A stretch of DNA of 64,000 nt from an uncultured Solirubrobacteraceae bacterium (GCA_963816005.1 CAWFKF010000053.1:42200-106199); one strand, 5' to 3'. Positions 22,689-33,879 are shown, counted from the first letter of the stretch. The notes: generated by a model from the sequence alone, not told the origin. Translations and numbers: made by a program.

Positions 22689-25053
22689 CTAGGGGCAGCA
22701 ACTCCAAGGTCTTCACCCCGTCCATGGCCTTCGCCTAATCGCAAAGGGCTCGGCTCCGTCTCTTTTCCGCCGCAACACGGCGGGATCTGTGACGACGCTG
22801 CAGGATTCGATTCACGCTACGGACCGCTTGCTTGCTCGACCCCAAAAGGGCCTTTGTCATGACGCTTCAACGCTTCGCATCTCTCCTCGCGCTGGCCACC
22901 AGCTACACGGCTGCTTAGCCATTACCGTGGCCATTCCCACCGGCAAGTCGAACACACGCTCAGGACGCACTCCGATTCCAGATCTTGTAGAGGTTGCCCT
23001 CCAGATCGGCCTCGAACTGATCGAGATCCTGCCCGTCCACGCCCGGGGCGCCCTTGTTGGCCTTGACCCGCCGCCACGCCTCCCACACCAGCTGCTTGGG
23101 AATCGCAAACGACTTGCCATCAGGCTTTGGCATATCTCTTCTCGCTTCCTCCCAGGGCATCACCCCGGTTGATCGATTGGACATCCCTGATGAGCCGGCC
23201 CCTTCGCTCCACCCCCACCCCAGCGAGCAGGCGCTTCCCAGCTACTACGGGCCGGTCCGCCAGCGAGCGCCGCGACCGGTACTCAATGCCTCCGGTTTCT
23301 GCCGTTGGCACGCTCCCTCTCGCCGCCCGTCGTACTGACCCGCAGGCCCGGACGGCCACTTTCGACGCTCGCCTTCTCACGTTCCATGCAAGAGCCGCAG
23401 ACCAGGATCACGCCGCCTCTACGCCGGACACCGCCTGGCCAGCAACGCGGGCAGCCGCCAAGCTCATCCCGAGGACAGATCCGCTCCTCGGTTTCGATGT
23501 CATCTCAACCGGTTTCGACGCCTCAACGACGACGCCCGACTCGAGCACCAGCCCGAACCGGACGATTCTGGAACGTCTTCCTGATCCCCACCTGACGAGA
23601 TCACGCCTCGCCTTCTCCCTGAACGCTCACCACGACAGTCGTCAGCTAACGCAGCTCCAGGGCGGTTTGACGCCTACCCCCGCGGGGCCGACGCCGGAGG
23701 GCCAGCAATCCTCCATCTCTCGCATAGCACCGCATTTCAGAAAACTGTTCCTACATCAGCCTCCTTCTGCGTTCGTGACACACGGACCTCCCGGTTCTCG
23801 CGCCTGGAGAATCACGCACATGCACAGGTTCTCCGACCCCGCGGGGTCCGACGACGACTCGCGAAAACGTCGCCGCCGATGTTGCCTTCCGCGCCAAAGA
23901 ACAGCGTCGGCACCCCGGATCAGTTGATTACGAGGCTCAATAGCCCAGCCTGCGCGCTACCCCTATCCAACGCTTCGCTGCGCCCTCGCGGGTCGATCGC
24001 GGTAGGGACTGGCCTTCGCTCTTGCGGGCTCGGCCAGCCCCCCGCGCGGATCCCAGCGTGCGCGTTTAACGCACTGGGCTCTTGCCTCGGGTATTGGCGT
24101 CGAAGCGTGCGTCAGGCCAGGGATGCATGATGCGTACAGGCGGCAACCAGCGAGCTTGCACGCGGCCCATGCGCTTCCACGTCAGGCTCGTGCGCTGGCT
24201 GCGGCGCCGTAGCGCCCTGTACCAGTGCTCGATTGCCTGTTGATGGAAGGCCTCGACCGCGTAGATGTTGCCGGGCACGGCGTAATAGTTACGGTGCCCG
24301 CGCACCACGCTCGCTAGCCACTCGCCCTGCTCAGGGATCGGTAGATGCCGCCGTCGCGTCAGCTCGGCCTTGACCGTGCGTAGCTTCGCCCGCAACCGCT
24401 TCTTGATCGTGATCCGCTTGAGCGCGAACCGCCCGGTCTTCCTCTGCTTCCCGCAGATATGCGTAAAGCCGAGAAAGTCGAACGACTCGGGCTTTGAGAG
24501 GCCCCGCGCCCGCCGACGCTCGGCGGCGAACCGCCCGAACTCGATCAGCCGCGTCTTGCCCTCATGCAGCTCAAGGCCGAAGCTCGCGAACCGCTCGCGA
24601 AGCTCAGCCCAGAACCGCTCGGCATCATCACGACGCTCGAAGCCCACCACGAAGTCGTCAGCGAACCGCACGACGATCACCTCGCCGCGCGCCCGTCGGC
24701 GCCTCCACTGGTGGACCCACAGGTCGAACACGTAGTGGAGGTATACGTTGGCAAGCAGCGTCGAAACCGACGCCCCCTGCGGCGTGCCCTCCAACGTCTC
24801 CGACCACTCCCCGTCCTCCATGACCCCCGCCTTCAACCATCGCTGGATCAGGCGAAGGACCCTTTGGTCCGCAATCCGGTGTTCGAGAAACCTCTCAAGC
24901 CACGAATGATCGAGCTTAGAGAAGCAGTCACGGATGTCCGCGTCGAACACCCAATTCACCTTCCGGCGCGTGATCCCGACGTACAGCGCGTCCAACGCAC
25001 GATGCGGTGAGCGCCCCGGTCGAAACCCGTACGAGAAGTCGAGGAAGTCCTCC

Positions 25054-27268
25054 GTGCGCCACGAGGCTCCATGCGAAAGGAGATGAAGGACGAAAGACAT
25101 CTCATCCGTGCCGGCTGGAATGCCGGCCCCGGGCTGATGCAGCGGCCCGGAGAAGCTGGGGACGGCCAAGGCGCGGGATCGCGCGTCGGAGGTCAAGCGT
25201 CCCGACAACGTGACGGCCGGGCGGCACTGCCAGACGCCCGCGTGCGTGCTAGCAAGACCGAAAGGTAGAGCGAAAGCGAAGTGGTGGTAGAAACCCCTCG
25301 ATTCCTCAAACGACCCGAAACCTGGCGGATCTGGGTCGTCGACAGCAACGATGCCGCTCTGTTAGACGGCGGCTCGCTCCACGCCCGAGTGTTTCTCCCG
25401 GACGCGGTGGCCGACGGGATGCTGCGAGTGCCCGTCGGATGGGCTGTAGGGGTAAAGCCAGCTGCCGACCCGGTCAAACGGATCATGGCGAACGTGGGAA
25501 GCGCCCCGTGCGCGCCGGGCTGCTGGTGGCAGCCCGGCAAGGCCCGATGCCGGCTGATGGGCGCGGGGCGTGGCGGAGTCCGCGTAGTAGTCCGAGGGCG
25601 GGAAAGCCGTCCACATGGCGAAGGCGGACAGCAGGACCGCAGCATCAAAAGCCGTTCGGGAGGTCGGGCGTGAATACGCTCGCGCTGCTTGACGCCAAGT
25701 TGGCCGAAGAGCGGGTACTGGGATGGCAGACGAAGCTGCACCGATGGGCAGTCGGGGACGAGCAGCAGCGCTTCGGCGACCTGTTCAACCTGATCTGCGA
25801 CCCCGCGACGTTGCTCGTCGCGTGGGAGCGGGTGAAACGTAACCGGGGGTCGCGAACCGCCGGTGTTGATGGCCAGACCCGCAGGCGGGTCGAACAGTTG
25901 GGCGTGGATGGTGTCTTGTCTAAGCTCCGTGAGGAGCTCAAGACGGGCACCTATCGTCCGCTGCCGGCGCGTGAGCGGTTGATCCCGAAGCGCTCGGGGA
26001 AGCTCAGAAGCTTGGGCATCTCGACGGTGCGCGACAGGATCGTTCAGACGGCGGCCAAGCTTGTGCTCGAGCCGATCTTCGAGGCGGACTTCTGCCCGAC
26101 CTCGTATGGATTTCGGCCCGGGCGCCGAGCCCAGGACGCTATCGAGCAGGTGCGGTTCTTCATCCATGCCCCTCGCTCGTACGAGTGGGTGATCGAGGGA
26201 GACGTCGAGGACTGTTTCGGGCAGATTCATCAAGGTCTCTTGATGGACCAGGTGCGATCTCGGGTGACCGACAAGCGCGTCCTGGGATTGGTCCGCCGGT
26301 TCCTCGCCGCCGGTGTCATGCGCGAGCTTGACACCGTGACCGCGACGCCATCGGGCACGCCACAAGGGTCGAGTCTCTCGCCCCTGTTGTCGAACATTGC
26401 CCTCTCGGTACTCGACCGCCACTTCGAGGCGGCATGGGCAGCGCGCACGCACGACCAGCGCTGGCGTGACCGGGCCGAAGGCCGCCCCAGCTATCGAATG
26501 ATCCGCTTCGCGGACGACTTCGTGGTGCTGGTCCGCGGCACCGAAGCCCAAGCCCACGCAGATCAAGGAGCAGACGGCCGAGTTCATGGCAGAGCAGCTG
26601 CGCTTGACGCTCTCGCCCGAGAAAACGCACGTCACCCACGTCGACGACGGCTTCGATCTGCTCGGGTTCCGCATCAAGCGGCGACCCTGGCGGACCGCTG
26701 GCAAGCACGTCGCCTACACGTTCCCAAGCCAACGAGCGCTGCGCGAGGTCATGCACCGAATCAAGACGCTGACCGACCGCAGCACGCTGAACCTCTCGCT
26801 CGATCAGTTGATCCACGCGCTCAACCCAATCCTCAGGGGTTGGACCAACTACCACCGTCATAACGCGAGTAAGCGCTGCTTCGCGTATCTCAGCTACTAC
26901 CTGTGGTGGCGAGTGATCCGCTGGCTGCGCAAGAAGTACCCGCGGCTGACCTGGAAACAGCTCAGGCGACGGTGTTGGGGGCGCAATTGGACCAGCCGCG
27001 AAGGCACGAGGCTCGCGTGGCCCTCCGAGGTCCCGGTGACCCGATATCGCTATCGCGGCCACCGGATCCCCTCGCCGTGGGCAGCGACCCGGACAGGACG
27101 GGCCACCACCCGACCAGGAACCGCTACCGCATGAAATCAGCGACAGGATCGGCCATCGCGCGTCCTGTGGAGAGCCGGATGCTCAGGAATGGGCACGTCC
27201 GGTTCGGCGAGCGGGTCGGGGAAACGGACCGGCGGCAACGCCGGCACCGCGCCCCGGCCCGACCCAAC
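25054..27268 (+). mobile_element. Group II intron P3, antisense in RT of B; ORF frameshifted at ~26560
   Basis: Near-identical to P1; ORF track split 25439-26863 / 26586-27134. Confidence 0.92.
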
Positions 27269-27728
27269 TCGTAGATGGCGTTTAGCACCTCGACCACCGC
27301 CCGCTGAACAACCTTGTCTTCCAGCGCAGCGACCCCAAGCGGCCGCAGCCGCCCGTCTGGCTTTGGTATGAACGCCCTCCGAGACGGCCTCGCCCGATAC
27401 GCGCCCCTGTGAACGCGGGCGTGTAGATCCCGAAGGTTCGCTTCGAGATCCTGCCCGTAGTCCCGCCACGTCACCCCGTCGACGCCCGGCGCGGCCCCCG
27501 GACGAATCGCCCGGTACGCCGCCTCCAGCCGCTCGACAGTCACGTGATGAAGGAGCGCGGTGAACCGCACATCCCGGTCCTTCTGCACCACCTGGCGCAC
27601 ACGGTCCAGATCACTTGACATGCCCAGTCCGGCACTGCGTCCGGGACGTGTTTCGCTGGCCGCGTTCCCCTTGGCTGGTCGCCTTCCCTCCACCGCCTCC
27701 GCCCCCGGTCGCCCGGGCTCGTTCGGCG

Positions 27729-29706
27729 GTCGGGTCGCCGGGAGCGTCGCAGCTCCCGGCTCCCACGGATCCCGGCGTGACAGTCTCCCGTCACCGGGCT
27801 CTTCTCACCAGCCGTCAGTACGCGCGGACCCACTTCCAGTGGGCGAACAGGCCGGGCTCGCGTTCGTGCAGCCCAGTCCACCACCGCTTGAACCGTTTGT
27901 AGGTCCGTAACCGCCGATACTTCTTCCCAGCCCAGCGCCTCAGGTAGGTGTTGACGCGCTGCAGGAGGGCATCCATCACGGTCCAGTAATAGCGGCCGTA
28001 ATAGTTCATCCATCCGGCGACGATGGGATTCAGCCATCTCGCCAGGTCGTCCAACGACAGGTTGGTGCGCCGGTGGATCCGCATCCTGCGGAGCTCGACG
28101 CTCTTGGCCTGCAGCGCCTCGGTACTGATCGCGGGCTGGAAGCTGGTGAAGTACCCGCCTCCTGTCGCTCGCGCCTTCCGTGCTCGGAAGGTGAACCCGA
28201 GAAAGGTGAAGCTGGTGTGCTCATGCTCTCCCCGACGCTTGCCGTCCTTGCAATAGACGATCCGTGTCTTGTCGGGATGGAGCCGTAGCCCAACCTCGTT
28301 CATCCGCTGGGCGATCCTGGCCAGCACCGCCTCCGCCTGTGCCCTGCTCTTGCAGTGCACGATGACATCGTCAGCGAAGCGCTCAAACGGACAGCCCGGA
28401 ATCTCCCGAGCCATCCAAGAATCGAACGCGTAGTGCATGAACAGGTTCACCAAGCACGGCGAGATCGCCGACCCTTGCGGAGTTCCTCTGCTGCGCTGCT
28501 CAAGGGTCCCGTCAGGATGCTGCAACGGTGCATGCAGCCACCGTTTCACGTAAAGCAGCACCCAGCGGCAGTCGGTGACCGCCTCCACTGCCCGAACGAT
28601 CAGGTCCCACGGCACCTCGTCGAAGAACTTCTGGACGTCCAAATCGATCGCCCAGTCGTACCTCCAGCACCGCTCCCGACATACCGCGAGCGCGTCATGG
28701 GGCGAGCGTCCCGGCCGATAGCCATAGGAATCCTGATGGAACCGGGGTTCCACCAGCGGCTCCAGGAACATGGCCACGGTCGTCTGCGCAACCCTGTCTG
28801 CGATCGTCGGCACACCGAGCATTCGGGTCCCGCCGCCGTGCGGCTTGGGGATCTCGACCGCCCTGACCGGCGCCGCGAACCAGGTCCCGGACGACATGCG
28901 ATTCCAGACCTTGTAGAGGTTGCCCTCCAGGTCCTTCTCGAACGCGTCCAGATCCTGCCCATCGACGCCGGGAGCGCCCTTGTTGGCCTTGACCTGCCGC
29001 CACGCCTCCCACACCAACAGCTTGGGAATCGCAAACGACTTGTCCTTCGGCCTTGTCATGCGTCCTCGCTTCCTCCCAGCACCCCAGGGCGCTGGTTGAT
29101 CGAATCGACATCACCGATGAGCCGGCCCCTTCGCTCCACCACCACCCCAGCGAGCAGCAGCTTCACAGCTAATACGAGCCGGTCCGCCAGCGAGCGCCGC
29201 GACCGGTACTCAATGCCTCCGGTTTCTGCCGTTGGCACGCTCCCTCTCGCCGCCCGTCGTACTGACCCGCAGGCCCGGACGGCCGCTTTCGACGCTCGCC
29301 TTCTCACGTTCCGTGCAAGAGCCGCAGACCAGGCTCACGCCGCCTCCACGCCGGGCACCACCTGGCCAGGAACACGGGACCCCGCCAGACTCGTCTCGGA
29401 GGATGAAGCAGGACCTCCGATTTTGATGCCGTCTAAACCTTTTCGACGCCTCAACAACGCACGCTCGACCCAGAACAGAGACCGAGCGCTTTCTGGAACG
29501 TCTTCCTGGTCCCCACCTGACCGGGTCAAGCCCAGCCTTTTCCCCGAACGCTCGCCACGACGGTCTTCAGCCAACGCAGCATCGGGGCGGTTTGACGCCC
29601 ACCCCCGCAGGGCCGACGCCGGAGGGCCAACAAGCCTCCATCTCTCGCACAGCACCGTTTTATGGAGTTCTACCTACATAGTCTTCCTCCAACGTTCGTG
29701 ACACAC
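27729..29706 (-). mobile_element. Class D-like group II intron D1, complete
   Basis: 5' GTGTG, 3' GACCCGAC, DV GAGCCCGGTGACGGGAGACTGTCACGCCGGGATC. Confidence 0.93.
27815..29059 (-). CDS. ltrA: Group II intron RT/maturase, RmInt1-like (class D)
   Basis: VKANKGAPGVDG, LYKVWNRMSSG, GTPQGS, ERFADD, GWMNYYG; 414 aa, no endonuclease domain. Confidence 0.93.
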   Translation of the reverse strand: MTRPKDKSFAIPKLLVWEAWRQVKANKGAPGVDGQDLDAFEKDLEGNLYKVWNRMSSGTWFAAPVRAVEIPKPHGGGTRMLGVPTIADRVAQTTVAMFLEPLVEPRFHQDSYGYRPGRSPHDALAVCRERCWRYDWAIDLDVQKFFDEVPWDLIVRAVEAVTDCRWVLLYVKRWLHAPLQHPDGTLEQRSRGTPQGSAISPCLVNLFMHYAFDSWMAREIPGCPFERFADDVIVHCKSRAQAEAVLARIAQRMNEVGLRLHPDKTRIVYCKDGKRRGEHEHTSFTFLGFTFRARKARATGGGYFTSFQPAISTEALQAKSVELRRMRIHRRTNLSLDDLARWLNPIVAGWMNYYGRYYWTVMDALLQRVNTYLRRWAGKKYRRLRTYKRFKRWWTGLHEREPGLFAHWKWVRAY

Positions 29707-30098
29707 GCTTCTTCGGTACTACGCGACCATCTGACTGCCCACGCTCGTGCATCAAGGGCTTACCGCCTCAGCGTTCCCCTCGCGGCCCGCCACCCGCCGA
29801 CATGCCACCCCGCGAACCATCCAGGACGGGGCATCATCGACAAGCACGGGCGACCGTAGGCTCTCCCGGTTCTCGAGCATGGAGAACTTCGTGCATGCCA
29901 GGGTTCTCCGACCGCGCGGGGTCCTCCGGCAGCTCGCGATAGCGCTGCCGGCGATATTGCCTTCCGCTTCGTTGGACAGCGTCGGCACCCCGGAACTCTG
30001 ATTTCGCGGCTCAATAGCCAAGCCTGCACGACCCCTGTCAACGCTTCGCCGCCACCCTCGCGAGCAGCCGACGCATGACTCAGGGCCACCGTGATTTG

Positions 30099-31012
30099 GT
30101 CGGGATAGAAATTGAGCGCGCGCACCGCGCGGGTCCGGCGGCTGTTCCGTCGCTTTCGCTCCGGGCCTTACCCCAGGCTCCCAACTGGCCACGTTTCTCA
30201 AAGCCTCCCTACGATCCCGGACGGTCGGATTTCCCGAGTCCGGTTCTGGCCTCGGCTCTCACGGTATTTGTCAGGGCGAGCCTTCCCCCGCGACGCGAAA
30301 CTGCGGTGCTGGCGCACCCTTCGCCCCGCCATCGTGGAGTTTGCACCGCTCCTTCGCCACGACGCAGGCCCCGCAGAACCCAGCTCAGAGTCTGGCTGCG
30401 TGCCCACCGTCATGGCCACCGAGTGCCCAGAGCCCCTTTGCCCAGCACGGGCGTTACCCGCGCCGGGGCGGCCTCGCGAGCCGCCTGGAGGGGCGTTACC
30501 CCCTCGTCGTCGCTCATACGGGCTCATGCGCCAGACCATCCCCCTCCCAGCGCCTCCGGTTCGTCCTCGGCCGCTGGGTCTTTGCAGGTTGTCACCAGTC
30601 CCTGCTGGGAGATGGCCCTTCCCGACATTATCTCTGCGATCCTTGCGCGGGTGCTCGGACCCCTACCCCGCCGCGCTCCCCGGTTGCGCGTGTCCGCTTC
30701 TTCACCGAGGACGCCGGTCTCACCCCAATCTAGACGGGTTCGACGCGCGAATATCCCCCCACATGGCAGCTTCCATGGGGACATCGATTTCGAGGCTGCA
30801 GTCATTCGATCACCTTCGGGCTCCCGCGCTTGCTAGACCCCCAGGCTGCTCCCACCGCAGCGGCAAACTGACCGCCAGGCGGCCGGGCCGTTCACACCAC
30901 GCATCGCCCGGCCGGTTACCCGGACCGGGATGTGGCGTTGCTACATGCTCGACACGGACGATTAGCATGGCTGGACTCTCACCAGCTGGATCGCAGCCTT
31001 GTCGGCTGCTCC
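30099..31012 (-). mobile_element. ORF-less group II intron S2 (5' GGAGC) in domain I of intron B
   Basis: Host rejoins GAAGATCTAG|CAAATCACGG; EBS1 CUAGAU (30728-30733). Confidence 0.88.
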
Positions 31013-31104
31013 CTAGATCTTCGATGTAGAGAACTTGCATCTCCTTCTCCATGCCGGTTTATCCCGGCGCTTTCCCAACGCATGGTCGGGGCCACCGTGG
31101 ATGG

Positions 31105-32020
31105 GTCGGGATAGAAATTGAGCGCGCGCACCACGCGGGTCCGGCGGCTGTTCCGTCGCTTTCGCTCCGGGCCTTACCCCAGGCTCCCAACTGGCCACGT
31201 TTCTCAAAGCCTCCCTACGATCCCGGACGGTCGGATTTCCCGAGTCCGGTTCTGGCCTCGGCTCCCACGGTATTTATCAGGACGAGCCTTCCCCCGCGAC
31301 GCGTAACTGCGGTGCTGGCGCACCCTTCGCCCCGCCATCGTGGAGTTTGCATCACCCCTTCGCCACGACGCAGGCCCCGCAGAACCCAGCTCAGAGTCTG
31401 GCTGCGTGCCCACCGTCATAACCGCCGAGTGCCCAGAGCCCCTTTGCCCAGCACGGGCGTTACCCGCGCCGGGACGGCCTCGCGAGCCGCCTGGAGGGGC
31501 GTTACCCCCTCGTCGTCGCTCATACGGGCTCATGCGCCAGACCATCCCCCTCCCAACGCCTCCGGTTCGTCCTTGGCCGCTGGGTCTTTGCAGGTTGTCA
31601 CCAGTCCCTGCTGCGAGATGGCCCTTCCCGACATTATCTCTGCGATCCTTGCGCGGGTGCTCGGACCCCTACCCCGCCGCGCTCCCCGGTTGCACGTATC
31701 CGCTTCTTCACCGAGGACGCCGGTCTCACCCCAGACTAGACGGGTTCGACGCGCGAATATCCCCCCACATGGCAGCTTCCATGGGGACATCGATTTCGAG
31801 GCTGCAGTCATTCGATCACCTTCGGGCTCCCGCGCTTGCTAGACCCCCAGTTGCTGCTCCCACCGCAGCGGCAAATTGACCGCCAGGCGGCCGGGCCGTT
31901 CACACCACGCATCGCCCGGCCGGTTACCCGGACCGGGATGTGGCGTTGCTACATGCTCGACACGGACGATTAGCATGGCTGGACTCTCACCAGCTGGATC
32001 GCAGCCTTGTCGGCTGCTCC
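31105..32020 (-). mobile_element. ORF-less group II intron S3 (5' GGAGC) in domain I of intron C
   Basis: Near-identical to S1, same site GACTAG|CCATCC. Confidence 0.88.
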
Positions 32021-32081
32021 CTAGTCCTTCGATGTAAGGTGTTCTCATCCTCTCTCCAGGCCGGTTTATCCCGGCGCTTTC

Positions 32082-33114
32082 CCCAGTCGTTCCGCCAGCA
32101 GCGCTCCCGGCACACCCGCAACGCCTGATGCGCCGAACGGCCCGGCCGATACCCGTAAGAGTCCTCGTGGAACACAGGCTCCACGCAGGGCTCCAGGTAT
32201 GAGCGCACGACCGTCTGGGCGATCCTGTCCGCCACGGTCGGCACCCCTAACGTTCTAGAGCTGCCGTCCCGCTTCGGTATCTCAACCGCACGCACCGGCG
32301 GCGGGAAATAGCTTCCCGACGACAGCCGATTCCAGAGTTTGTACAGGTTGTCCTTGAGGTCAACCTCGAACTCCGCTCCGCCATCGACTCACCGTCAACG
32401 CCGGCGCCGCCCTTGTTCGCCTTGACCCTCCGATAGGCCTCCCAAACAGCCCGTTTGGAGATCACAAACGACTTCGGTTTCGGCTCGCTCACCCGGCTCC
32501 TCCCACCCGAAGGCGGTTGACCCGAAAGCCAGCCAGGACGACCCTTCCCCTTCGCTCCAGCCCCATTACAGGACCTTCATCGCTACTACGGTCAGGTCCG
32601 CCCCTGTGCCCCGCATCACTACTCTCCCCCTCACAGATCTGCTGCTTGGGGTTCTCGCTCCAGACAACCAGCCGCAGGCCACGACCGCTCCACTGGCCGG
32701 CCGTCCCATCGGGGCGACAGGTTCCCGAGTTCCACACAAGAGCCCAGACCACGCTCGCGCCACCATCCATGCCGGACACCCACCTGGCCAATCAGCAGGC
32801 TCCCGCCAGGCTCTTCCCGGGGCAATGACTCGACCCCGGTTTTGAATGTCACCGATACGCTTTCGACACTTCAACGGTGGTATCGCTTTCGCTCGCCTTC
32901 GTGATCCACACCTGACGCGCTGACAGCACGCCTTTTCCGCGACGCTCAGCACCCCGGCTCTTGACCGACGCACCTCGCGGTGGTTTACGGCCTCCCCCTG
33001 CAGGGCGACCGCGGAGGGCCACCAGACCATCGGCCTGGCTCCTCCATCTCTCGTGCAGCACCGCTTCAAAGATCACCGTCTACATCAGCGATCCCCTTCA
33101 CGCTCTCGGCACAC
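32082..33114 (-). mobile_element. Class D-like intron H, 5' part (frameshifted RT from 32492)
   Basis: 5' GTGTGCCGAG directly after the host's YADD codons plus 1 nt; KSFVISKRAVWEAYRRVKANKG. Confidence 0.83.
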
Positions 33115-33417
33115 CATCGTCAGCGTAGCGCTCAAACGGGCAGCCCGGGAACTCCCGGGCCATCCACAGATCGAACGCGTGGTGCAGGAACAGGTTCACC
33201 AGGACCGGCGAGATCGCCGACCCTTGCGGGGTTCCTTTGCTTCGCTCTTCAAGGGTGCCGTCCGGGTGCTTGAGCGGCGAAGCCAGCCACCGCTTGACAT
33301 ACAGCAGCACCCAGCGGCAGTCGGTGACCGCCTCCACCGCGCGGACGACCAGGTCCCACGGAACGTCGTCGAAAGAAGACACGACACACTACCCACCTCG
33401 ATGGCTTTCCGGCGAGC

Positions 33418-33879
33418 GTGCGGATCGTGCGCGCGCGTCACCCGTTGGAGGGCCGCTCGCTTGAGTTGATCGGGTGGATGCGCCGCCGGCGGCGGCTGGA
33501 GCTGATCGTGGTGCTGGGGGACGGCAGTCGGTTGCTGGTTCCGGCCGCGTGGACCGATCTCGAGGGGGCGGTCGGGTCGCCGGTCGCTGGGACGCTTGGG
33601 TCGGTTTCGGATTTGCTGGCGATGCGCGGGGTGTTGGACGGCGTGCTGCGCGCTGCTCTGGCCGGCGAGCCTGCGGACGGGCGGGGTGTCGTCCTGGCCG
33701 GGCGCGATGATGCCGTCGACGAGGAGCGAAGCGGTGCAGTTGCGTCTATCTCTGGCGGAGTCACCGGCGCCGGCGGCGGTGCTGTGGGAGCTGGTGGGCT
33801 CAGAGCAGCGCCGGGCGGCGATCGCGCTGCTGGCGGCGCTGATCGCGCAGAGCGTCGCGGGCGAGGAGGCGCGCGATGA
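33418..33879 (+). CDS. DUF5372/Y4bD-like small accessory protein
   Basis: RHPLEG...DGSRLLVPAAWTD motif, upstream of the recombinase. Confidence 0.6.
   Translation: MRIVRARHPLEGRSLELIGWMRRRRRLELIVVLGDGSRLLVPAAWTDLEGAVGSPVAGTLGSVSDLLAMRGVLDGVLRAALAGEPADGRGVVLAGRDDAVDEERSGAVASISGGVTGAGGGAVGAGGLRAAPGGDRAAGGADRAERRGRGGAR

Larger units (their letters stand above)
18872..22970 (-). mobile_element. ORF-less group II intron G (CGC-triad DV) carrying IS701 and IS1182
   Basis: 5' GTGCGTCC, DV ACGCCGTGTGCGGGAGAACCGCACGCACGGTGT, end CCTACCTCAC; host frame restored on removal. Confidence 0.85.
18220..23783 (-). mobile_element. Class D-like group II intron D3, 5' part (RT 23133-22971 and 18871-18220), interrupted by G and A
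   Basis: 5' GTGTGTCACGAAC; RT rejoins KIWNR|MSSGTWF; EBS1 GGAUCU pairs with exon AGGUCC. Confidence 0.87.
24066..29752 (-). pseudogene. RT/maturase of intron B in three pieces (29752-29707, 27728-27269, 25053-24066)
   Basis: Rejoins in frame: VPKK|PPNE and NAIYE|EDFLDFSYGFRPG. Confidence 0.87.
23996..31074 (-). mobile_element. Class E-like intron B (5' GAAAGCG), containing S2, D1 and P3
   Basis: Host rejoins GCGTTGG|CGACCCG, identical to the uninterrupted site at ~17205-17220; 3' CCCTACCGCGAT; EBS1 CCAACG pairs with CGUUGG. Confidence 0.9.
23784..32081 (-). mobile_element. Class E-like intron C, 5' domain I part only (5' GAAAGCG), containing S3 and intron B
   Basis: Pieces 32081-32021, 31104-31075 and 23995-23784; the latter two are near-identical to intron A domain I. 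Confidence 0.8.

Noticed and set aside
7787-29059. Retron, Abi or CRISPR-associated RT defence system
   Set aside because: Every RT has a maturase X domain and flanking intron RNA domains.
23884-32090. EBS1-IBS1 support for intron C boundary
   Set aside because: UCUUUG pairs poorly with exon ACUGGG. The boundary rests on analogy with A and B, and C may be a recombinant.
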